Assembly: GCF_902652985.1 (NCBI RefSeq)
Contig: NC_047016.1
Location: 17,608,001 to 17,672,000 of the forward strand
Length of the DNA: 64,000 nucleotides
DNA from: Pecten maximus
Taxonomy: Eukaryota
Direction: 5' to 3'
Positions 12,160-23,400 of the stretch are shown one piece after another; positions within the stretch are counted from its first letter, which is position 1; each line of letters begins with the position of its first letter. Below the pieces are notes generated by a model that saw only the letters and a program-made list of their open reading frames with translations, did not search any database and had not been told where the DNA came from. A program made the position numbers and the translations under genes.

Positions 12160-14400
12160 CAATATTGTCAAATGTCATGCGGGTCGGATAGCTGCTAGCA
12201 AAGACACTAGCAACAGCATCAATATTCACCTGGATTCCATAACGGATAGTCAATGATGCGAGTCCATTCAAATTGTCATTGTAGAGCGCAGATAGGACTT
12301 GCGTCTTCGGATAGTGCTGATTGTTCTTTCACATTCCGCTTTGGAGACTGGTACAGTGCAGAGTATCCGCATCAGCAGGTTGAGATTGAGATAAGACCTG
12401 CATGGCATCCCTGATGGTTGCTGGTGATGCTGTCTCGTCACACCATCTTCTCAACTATCTGGGATATTCACATTGCATGCTGTCTGTGGATGGTAAATTC
12501 CCACTGTACGATAAGGGACTCAATCCCAATATGTAGGGCTCCACTGGGCATTTCAGAGACAACAAATGGTGTTTAATTAGAGTCCATCAACTATAAGCTG
12601 GCTATGTCTTGAACGGCGAATTTCAAATTCACTTGTGACATGGTCCAAGAATGGTGCGTCTGTAGTATTGAGGTATGCTGGTTTATGGTGTGTTACTCCT
12701 CATAGTTTGTCACTTATACACTCTTTGACGCTTTGGCTCAATGTCCAAACGGTTTAAGATGTACATAGCCTCCTGATACCACACCTCAAAGTAGGACTCG
12801 ACTTCCTTCCTAACATCCTGGAGGCATTCCTTAACCTGAATGATCTCTTCGTGGCTTTGAATGATGTCCTTTGTACGTTACTGCTCATTAACAGTAGCAA
12901 GGTTCAGATAACGCAGACAGTTTTTCATAATGCTGAACGCAAAAAGGAACTCGAAGTTCAGAAAACAGGCTAAGAATCTTCTAGTCCTCACTTGGGTATC
13001 AGAGTCCCATATCTTGCCGGTTTCGACCATATCCTCTAAGCAACTCCCAATAACATGATAAAGTTCATGAGGTTTCCATCGCAATATGTCTCTCTATCCA
13101 CCGTGTTTTGCACAAGTCCACAAGTTTCTTTTTTTTCCAATGACGCCTTCATGTTGATAGTCTTCCCCAGGTGTCTCGGACGTTTTGGCGAAGCATCAAA
13201 GAAAAAACAAATCTTTTTAAAGTTCCCAGAATTTTTCTCATCACAGGGATATGGCGTGCCTTGATGATGCTAAGGTTCGGGCAGTGTGCTGCGCGGCCTT
13301 GTCGTTGATTGCTATGATTCATCCCTTTACACCCACCATCATATTCCTGTCCTCTCAAACATACCGCAGCCTCCCAAAACGCACATACGCACTCAACGCA
13401 TGCATGCATGTCGCACGTACGGGAGGCCGTCCTTAAATGACATACGCTGTTAATAGGACGTTAAACAAAATTAACCAAACCAAACCAAACCCTGTCGTCT
13501 CAAGTTCTCAATAGTGAGATCCTGCTCATATAGAGTGTCGCGTATTATGATTATCAAAGACTCTCTTGTCACAGACTCACAACTGAGGAAGCAGAGAAAC
13601 TGTTCCTTAATGGTATTTGCTGTGTCCACATACCGCACGATCAAGAAAAGTTGTTTCCATTTGGAAGAAACTGTAACATCGTCAGCAAGGATGGAGGAAA
13701 ACTTTGCCTTTCTTGCATCTTCTAAGTTGTGGTCACGAATCTGGTCACCATTAATGCCACTCAGCTGGTTCTGTATGGTCTTGGAGATATATTTTGCTCT
13801 ACTGATAGCTGTTGCAAATGATTCTCCAGTGTGGTGTCCCTGCATCAATGCGGAACTGCAATAGTTCATGAAAATTGCCGCGGTTGACAGCTTCGTCATT
13901 ACTTGTTCCATCGTCACGGTGGCCAGGTAGATCATTATTTTGTCTTCCACAAAACAGCACGGTGGAGGACTGGCCTCGTACATCTACAGCTGACGTCGGG
14001 TTTCTATAAGTCGACAGGAAATCCTCGCTCATCATTAACGCTGTCTGGCGTTGACTCATTCTGTCATGTGCTTTGCACTGACCTACTCCAATTAGTCAAA
14101 TTCATGACAGGCTTCTTGATGAATAATCCTATGGGTCATTTCAGTTTCGCGAAAAACGCACAATGTTTGCTAAAGATACCGTCGCATGATAGGGAATACA
14201 CAATCCATGGAAATGTTACCATCCAGCAAGGTTGAAAACTGCATACATTCCCATACATTTCAGTCTTTGGATAATCAAATCTGGTAAAGAGCGCGCTTAC
14301 CCTGGTCAACAGATTATAAATGTCATCTCTGCTCGCAGATGTATCAATGAATCTAAAGATGCCATGACCATTGATGTCTGAACAGGAAACATGTACACAT
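12160..14400 (-). pseudogene. Decayed hAT transposase (ZMYM1/P52rIPK-like, Zaphod-type)
   Basis: A TTF-zinc-finger-like WIVYSLSCDGIFSKHCAFF, then [43 protein letters not shown], and the hATC dimerisation segment CTVPVSKAECER...MNGLASLTI...IDAVASVFA. Many frameshifts. Confidence 0.85.
13359..13490 (+). mobile_element. 5'-truncated MetaSINE-like copy inserted in the hAT transposase
   Basis: SINE tail bounded by a 13-bp TSD cctgtc(c/g)tctcaa (13346-13358, 13491-13503) that duplicates the LR(G/R)Q codons. Confidence 0.85.
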
Positions 14401-14569
14401 GCAATAAAAAACTAGAATGAGTAAAGATAATGACTCGAGATGTCTTGAGAATGAATGAATCTTGAACGTTGGTCTTTTTACGTATATTTGATGTGTACAG
14501 TACAAATGTAGATATTGTTTTTACTCACATTACATTAATTGATATGGACTTTCAAACTGTTTTCAAACA

Positions 14570-15020
14570 GTGATTATTTGATATCTTCATAACAATTTCG
14601 CTAGTGATCGTGAGTTTTGACACGATGTTTCGGATTTCTTAAGGAGGTTTTAGATATAAATTGAGCCTTATTGCCTCGAAGAAAACAGATTGTTTGCCCA
14701 CATGAAATTTCCATTCCCTTACATACGACAGATGTCAAATTGAGAGGTATATAGTTCCCTGCAACACATTCGTCTCCCTTCTTGTATACAGCACATACTC
14801 GAACTCTTTTCCAATCTTTTCGTGTCCCTTTTTATTTTAGTGGTTAGATGTTATACCAAGAAGGAGGGGAAGAGCAGAGGAGGGCCTTTTAAAAAATATC
14901 CGGATGCATGTTGTCTAGTCTTGGAGATTTGTTTGGTTTCGGATTATTTAGTATCTTCATAACCATTTCGCCTGTGATTGTGAGTTCTGAAATGATGTTT
15001 CGGATTTATTTAGGTGGCAT
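14570..15020 (-). pseudogene. Second degenerate LINE RT fragment, paralogous to 11086-11280
   Basis: Shares cgacagatgtcaaa..gagagg..gttccctgcaac..attcgtctccct with ~11097-11150. Contains an internal duplication (14573-14645 vs 14950-15015). Confidence 0.6.
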
Positions 15021-15407
15021 GGTATAGGGGTCTCCCCGTTCTCTTATTTAACAAATACGCTTTGGAAGAAGTTAGCGAGTATACATGTATCTACTTTTTC
15101 TTTGTCAGTAGTTACTTTCCTGGACTTATTTTCGTTTGGATATTCGTACTATACTGTATAGATTTCCGATGTCCACATTTGTCTTTGATTTTGAGTTTAT
15201 ATAGATCTATTTCTATATCATTTTTATCCGTTTTTTTTTGTTTTTTTGTTGTTTTTTTTTGCCAATGTTTTTTTCTAATAATCATTGCGTAACTTCCGCG
15301 TCATCGTTTCGACTTTTTGACTATCATTTGTTTGATTTCTCACTTTGATGTATCTTCTTTTTACATCAGGGTCCGATGTTGGTAACACTTGTTTTTTAAA
15401 AGTCGGT

Positions 15408-16272
15408 TTTTAGGTTACCCGAGACGAAGTCTCAAGGTAAACTTAATTAACTATAGTTTATATAGAGAAATCACATTTTTCACTATAATTTGTTGGATTT
15501 CTATTGGAATTCGTTCTAACTTGGTTAACATTAACAGCATAGGATGACAGTTTGATGGTATGCACATGTTGGCCCTGACTGACCCCCAGAGGCTGATGGG
15601 CGGGGCTAAAAAGGGTCAAATTGACTGAAATTTCAAAAATCTTCCTTCTCAAGACCCAAATAAGGTACAATCAAAAACTCTTCATAGATGGAAGGGTCTT
15701 AACGTGCTTTACCAAAATTGTGAACTTCATGATCCTGGGGTCTCACTTTTGCCGCTGGGGAGGGGTATATAAACTTTACTGCAGTTTATATAGGGAAATC
15801 ATATTTTTGACTTATTTGTTGGATTTGTATTGGAATTCATTCTAATTTGGTTAACATTATCAGCGTGGGAGGACAATTTGCTGGTATGCACATGTTTGCC
15901 CTGACTGACCCCCGGGGCTGATGGGTCGGGCCAAAAAGGGTCAAATTTAATTGACTGAAATTTCAAAAATCTTTTTCTCAAGACACATATAAGGAAGAAT
16001 AAAATACTCCTCATAAATGGAAGGGTCTGGAGGTGCTTTACCAAAATTGTGAATTCGTGACCCAGAGGTATCACGTTTGCCCCTGGTGATGGGGTTAATT
16101 TTACTATAGTTTATAAAGGGAAATCACATTTTTGACTATCATTTGTTTGATTTCTATTGGAATTCATTCTAACTTTGTTAACATTATCAACATTGGATGA
16201 CAGCTTAATGGTATGCACATGGTGGCCCTGACTGAACCCTTGGACTGATGGTTGGGGCCAAAAAGTGTCAAT
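15408..16272 (+). mobile_element. HINE-like element with ~330-bp tandem internal units
   Basis: Start tttttaggttacccgagacgaagtctc, then about 2.5 copies of the unit ggaattcattctaacttggttaacatt...ggccctgactgacccc. Confidence 0.7.
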
Positions 16273-16532
16273 TAAATATAAATCAGGCCTACATGTACAT
16301 GTATATATTTCAAATGTTTGGTCCAAGGAAAATGTGTGTTTGTTATTTTGTCTTTTTGAAGAAGTACATTGTATGTTCAATCCTGTAGGAAATAAAATTA
16401 ACTTGTTCCTTTGACCACATCTCTAAACCGTTTTGTAACAATGCCTAGATAGTTTGAACTTTGGCCTAAAAAACGAAAGGCTCGTGATTTCAAGCATTTC
16501 TGTGACGTTGATTTATCAGCAGACGATCCAAA

Positions 16533-17431
16533 ATGGCGTCCATAGTAGCAGGGAGGGCATTGCAGAAGGTTTTGAGCAAAGACTGTTTAATAAGAACTTC
16601 TTTTCCAGCTGTCCATCACTTATCTCGGTACGCCAGACATATTTGTTTTTAGCTTTTTGTTCATGTTCGTGGCTGCAATGTCTGTATTGCCGTTGCCAAT
16701 TGCTTGGCTACTGTACAAACCCGGTTCAAAGTCCAAACCGAACTGCGGTCAGGTGGACTGAACTTGAAGGCAGTAAAACTTTCACAGTTTGCATGTAAGA
16801 TAAGCTATATTTTGGCAAAATGTTGTAACTGATTTTATTATGTGATTTAGCTCATGTCTACAAAAACGATAGTAAATTACCCGTGCTTACACTACAGTCA
16901 ACCTGCTACATGTTTAATATTTGAGCCAAAACTCTTATTCCACTGAAGCCTACTAGGCCTACTAGATGCATATAGTAAGCTAGGTAAAATAGTGCTGCAG
17001 GAACCGATATATATTAAAAACATGTATATGTGATCAATGATAATGAGATTTATTCGAACAAATATCTATCCAGTGGCGGATACAGGATTTTGGGAAGGGG
17101 GGGGGGGTTACGGTTTGTTGGGGTTTTTTTTGGGGGGGGGGGGGGGGGGGGGGGGGGGGTTGCGGTTTGTTGGGGGGGGGGGGGGGGGGGGGGTGCAGAA
17201 TGTGTACGGGTGTGCTCTCCTGAAAAAAATGAAATATATTGAAATATATAAAGCTATGTGGTGCATTCTAGTGCACCATAAACCTCCAAAATCAGAGATA
17301 AATTACAAACTAAAACCGTTTGAAGGTTTTTTTCCCTTAAAACCTTTTTATAAAAAAAAGAAATTGTTTTGATCCCCACCAGCTGAGTCTTGGATCAGGT
17401 AATGGACTGATGACATGTTGTTTTTTTTAAT

Positions 17432-17465
<34 letters not shown>

Positions 17466-20400
17466 GTTGCAGGTAACATATTTTATTAGGTCGTTGTGGT
17501 TTGCATAAAAATAAACAAATCTGGACTAAATATTGCCTGCAAAAAAATACCAGGTAGTAAATTTATTAGTTGAACAATAGGGCTAATGGGCTAATTTTAT
17601 TAAAAATGTACAAGTTTGTTCATTATCAACCAAAAGTATATTTATCAAGTGACGTGATTCTAACAAATAATAAGATAATAGACTAGTACAACAATGTAAT
17701 CACTTGCAAGTTGCAGGTTGTAAAATACTTATTTGACAAGGTATTAGAAATAGCCTGAGTTTGATTTTTTTTCTTTTATTTCCAAAATATCAAAGAGAAC
17801 GGATGCAGGATCCAAAGCCCTGTGAAAACTGTATGAATGTCATGCAAACGCCAATTACAATACCTTGATTTTCGGTTGAGGAATAGCTATACATAAATTA
17901 AAGTAGCCCAATTATTACACAATATTGTATGTGCGGGTATAATAAAAATAGTACATAAATTCTACAAACATAACTGTTGCAAATTAATTGAATAAAAAGC
18001 TGTTATCAATAAATTTGATAAGAGATAACTTAAGCCTCGGAGACAGTCTAGGTTCCCCATCCCAGCTGGTCGTAAAAAAGTACTATCATATGACCTGCTG
18101 CCAATGAATACTTTGTTATTGATAGCAGAGACATATGTAGAGAGATTGGCAGCTCTCTATTTGCCCTTATGTCTACGTGGTTACCCCTGACCTTCCCACA
18201 ATCCTTTGCGGTCGCTCAATTCAGTCTTCTCCTGACGCCTTATTGGAGAAAACTTGAAAACCAAACACATAATTATCGATAATTTCTATTTGAAATCAAC
18301 ACCAAGATCCAATGATGTGCTTTAATTTTATTAATATAAAAGTTCAGAAGTGTCATCAATATGAAATATATCACAATTTGCTGTCAAAGTGTTTGTATTT
18401 TGAGTATGAAAGTCAAGCACAGGGAAGATCCGCGGGAATCTCCAATTTTCGAAAAGTCCCTATGGGGTTTTCGAAAATACGGATAAATGACAACAATGTG
18501 CATGATAAACAAGACCATATCCCATAAGTATGATAGTTTTTGGATAATGTAGTAACTTTTGTAGTGGCCTAAATAAAACGATGTGCTTTTTGTGTGCGTT
18601 TAAAATTGACGATGTTTAGGTCTGACGTAATGGCGGGTTAATTACAAAACTAGGACATGTCGAATAGGACCCAATTGATGTTCGAAAATACAGATTAATG
18701 ACAACAGTGTGCATGATCAATAAGACTATATCCCATAAGTATGATAGTTTTTGGATAATGTAGTTATTGTAGTAACTTTTGTAGTGGCCTAAATAAAACG
18801 ATGTGCGTTTAAAATTGACAATGTTTTGGTCTGACGTTATGGCGGCGTAATTACAAAACTAGGTCATGTTGAATAGGACCCGATTGATTTTCGAAAACAC
18901 AGATAAATGACAACAGTGTGCATAATCATCAAGACTATATCCCATAAGTAATGATAGTTTTTGGATAATGTAGTAACTTTTGTAGTGGCCTAAATAAAAT
19001 GTGCTTTTTGTGTGTATTTAAAATTGACGATGTTTTGGTCTGACATAATGGCGGATTAACCAGAACATGTCGAATAAGTTCCAGTACATCGATACACACA
19101 TGCGCAAAGCCCGATTTACCTGTGCTTGCGTGTGTTTGATAGGGGACAAGGCGCTCTTGATAAGGGCTATGCTTGAGTGGTCACGAATAAAGGGAGCCAC
19201 CACTTGTATGGGAAAATAGCGATGTTACTTATCTCTCTATATATGTCTCTGTAGATAGGCTAAAAAATTCAATACATACTAGGATTATACTCAGTAGGAA
19301 CAGTTATCGATATAATACTACATGTACTTGCATACGATTTCAGCCAACAATTGATACACTGACAAATGAAACATTTCGTCACAGTATTCACGACAGAATA
19401 TTAAAGCATGAAAAACAGTATTACCATAAAGTAAGCGAATGATAATAAACCGGTACACGTAATTTCATATGTCTCTTTGTTAAACAGTATTTCATTTCTT
19501 AATTCATTTGCTTTGTAAATATACACAGCCGTTTTGAATGATGGTACAGTTCTCTGATGTCATAAAATATATAAATCTAAACATATTAGGTCTAACATAA
19601 TATTTCCTATACAAAAAAAAATCGACCCAATTTCTGAGTATAAGGGACATTCCATAATAAAATGATATTGGTTTTCAATTTGAGTACAAAAATTGCAATA
19701 ACGCATTTCCGGAGGTACATTTTATATTTTGTATTGGAATCGGGCTATGCCATCTTCCACTTCTATATTCAATCTATGAGAAGATACCCGGAACCTTGTT
19801 AATTGTTTTTTTTTGTTTTATATATATATTTACAATATCAAGATATCTCTTGTAACCAAATTCATTTAAGAAAAGTCTATAACATCTGGCTCGTGGTGAG
19901 TCTACAAGCTCTCTATGCCGGTATTGTATAAATATGTCTCGTACCCTTGATTGGAATAATGATATAAAATACATCAATATCTTCAACTCCTTGTTTAAGC
20001 CGAACATAACCAAAACCATGAGCACATAATATGTTCTTCACCCGTTTAGCCCAATCTATGGTGCGAGAAGTTTCCACTTGCATGTAAAGCTTGTTATATA
20101 TAGACTTAACCAGTACATTCTTTTGGTTATACCATATTTAATCATCTTGGTGTATCTGATAAATTTAAGTTTTATGCATGTAGAGGACTTACGTTGGAGA
20201 TAATTGGTCTGTTCCCAATGAATATAAGATATCAGTGCATATATGCCTTTTTTGAAGTTTTGAAAGGGGAGGTTGAAATTAAAATGTCTTATATTAACTT
20301 TAAGATAAAAATGCCTATAGCTTTAAGATTTGTGTGCGAGTCCTGATTTAATGATATTCATACATGCCATATTTTCAGGAGACCAATAATGGAGATTGAG

Positions 20401-23400
20401 GATTGTTTTAAGGGAGTTTTGCCTAAAATAAGGGAGATTTGTGCGTGACATGAATATCGACATTTTTACTCAATTTTAAAGCAATAAACTAATTTTGAAA
20501 GTGATAAAGAATATCTATATCTATTTGAGATATTAATCATACTACGTATATGAAAACAACAAAAAGTTGTATAGGGTAAAAATGCAATTAGTATACATTC
20601 TGATATTAAATATGAAATTATTTTTCATTTTTTAAGTAACAAAGTTTTCATAGTTTTATGCATATTACATAAAAGCATTTGAAAAGGGTATATTATAATT
20701 ACATGTAGCTAAAGATTAGACAAGCAGGTTAATCATTATATATCAGTTTGGATTTTCTTAAAATGAGAAAGCTTGATTCAATCTGAGGGAACACATCAGT
20801 TGTAAAAATCACCATGAATTGTCCTGTGGGATCCCTAATGTTGGACCATTTAGATATAAAAATATTCCAAGTGTTCAAGTGTAGTAAAGTCATGAGAACT
20901 GAAGACGTTTATAAATGGTAGCTAGGAGACTGCAGTAAATCTTATCATGAACATTCCAGATTTTGTATCTTGTCTCTGTCATGGACAGTGCAGTCATTGT
21001 AAACATCATGGTTGACCACTACGACCAACAGATGTGCTTATTTTGATAGTTTTATAAAAGAAAATACTGGATTTCATCATGCTATCACTGATCCACGATA
21101 CACATTTTATATGAAAATCATGTGTGATTTTGCGACTAGGCTCTGTATCAAAAAAGAATACTAAGAATAATTCCAGTCTGTTAGCAAAGAGGGTTAAAGT
21201 TGTTTATAAGCAACTTGCCTTTATTTCATGGTGCTAGATATTGTAGCGCAAACATTACACTAGTCAGAGCTGACATTATGTCAGGACTGCAATCACATGC
21301 CTGATGAAATATTTTGTGACATGGCAATCCTCATGCTGAAAATATTTTCGATATTTTGTAAAACATTGCATTGCTACAATGCAAACAGGATTACTCTATA
21401 TATGGCCTTCAGTATTTCTCCACCAGTTATACCGCCAAACTTGCTTATCGCCATGAATTTATTCAGAACAGATTTATGCCCATGCTAACGCACCCGTTTT
21501 ACCGCCATCCAACCTATTTCAAGAACAAATGGATAAATAACATCATCTTGATCTTGTAAATTGTAATATCGCCAAATTGAGCCAAGAAGGATGTGTGTTT
21601 AAATGTTATTGTTAGCGACTGACTGCTAACTGAATGGTAAACCCAATATACCGTCAAACTCTTTATATCGCCAAAATCATGTAGAACAGAAGGTGGCAAT
21701 ATAGCAAGGTTAAACTGTACTAGAATATTTATATCTAATGGATCTTTCTCTCTTTTTTCAGTCGTCATTATGCTGCTGAGACAAGTCGTCCAGGTGTTGC
21801 CCAGGTGGATAACATGATGGAAATTGGTGCCAGATCTTTGTTCAATGAGGAGCATGACATGTTTAGACAGAGTGTGAGGAGGTTCTTTCAGGAGGAAGTA
21901 GTTCCCAACCATGCTAAGTAGGCAAACCTGGATTTAAGTTTTTTGTTCGCAATGAGAAAAAACACAATGAAATTAATAGTTTCAATATTAAGAGTATAAT
22001 ACAGTAAATAATAACCAGTTTCGTTCTTAAATTGGTATTAACTCAAAGGAAATAATAGTTTCAATATTAAGAGTATAATACAGTAAATAATAACCTGTTT
22101 TGTTCATAAATTAAGAAATAATTAATGATGATTCGTGTATTATTGCAGGATATACAACGAGGACGAGGATATTTTGCAATTAAATTAATAACGAAGGCCG
22201 CAGACCTGAGTTATTGATTAAAATTGCAAAATATCCTCGTCCTCGTTGTATATCCTGCAACAATACACGAGTCAAAGTTGATTATTTCTATTCTACCATG
22301 TACTGTTTAGTTCTGAGATCGACCTCTTTCTAATAGAAAAACAGCAAAGAAACCCCAGAAAAACCTTGTAATTTATTTCTTGAGTATTGTATTATTTGTT
22401 GATGAAATATACAGGCAATACAGTACTACGATCAAGAGCATCTATCATATGGCATTGATTTTGAAAATTAAAAAAAAAGGATATAAAAAAAAAAGAAAAA
22501 AGGGGGCCTCTGTAGGATTCGAACTCGCGACGTGATAAAAATATATTGAAAGACTAACCGCTAACCCATTAGCCCACTCGGCTATAGTAACCTTTTATGA
22601 AACGGGTGAATATTAGATATTTAAAGTTGTAACAGCTGAGACTCACGACCGTGTATTATTGGCACGAGCGTGGGTTATTGGAAAATAATACATGGTTTTA
22701 AACCAATCAAAACTGGCGTTACATAGCAAACATGGTAGAATTGGTATTAATTAACTCAAAGGAAATTGAAACACGATTAGAAATTGATGACTTTACTTTG
22801 GTGGGAAATATAAAGATGTTATAGAAAGTAATAATGTTGTAATTGAAAGATAGGGAACCACTCTGTCATCTGTGAAAATTGTATTCATGTACTTTTTAAT
22901 AGTACATGGTTCTTTCCTTTCAGTTAACTTCTATGGTGATGTTTGAGAGGTTTACGTTTTTCCTTTTTAAATAAATAAATATGTTGTTATTCTAGGTGGG
23001 AACAGGATGGCAACGTCAGCAAAGAGGTATGCATAAATAACTTATTTCATAGAATGAACTAAAGAATTTTTTGTCATTTGAATTATAAATTCATTTCATA
23101 ATGTTGTCAAATGAGCAAACTACATTTATCTGTATGTATCTGTAATGACTGAAAATGTCTATTTTTTGGCATAGCCGTATAATATTTTTTTGACCCCGGA
23201 TATGACATGACAGGTGGCATTACTGGTCAAGATGCAGTATGAAATTGGTCAATGTAGTGGAAAATGCAAAATGCAGATAAGCAGTTAAAACCGAAACAAA
23301 GTTAAGATTGAATGCAAGCTGAATAAGTTGATGTATCTTTTCAAATGACACATTAATAAAATTATATTCCTGATTCAAATCCAGTCTTATTATCACCAAA

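Noticed and set aside
16454-16798. 114-aa ORF over the ACADL start
   Set aside because: Alternative frame. The ATG at 16533 in another frame splices in phase to ACADL exon 2.
17030-17372. Gly-rich ORFs
   Set aside because: Artefact of the poly-G tracts.
22502-22584. Functional tRNA gene
   Set aside because: A/B-box-like motifs are present but there is no convincing acceptor or anticodon stem, and it lies in a repeat. Kept only as a tRNA-like cassette.
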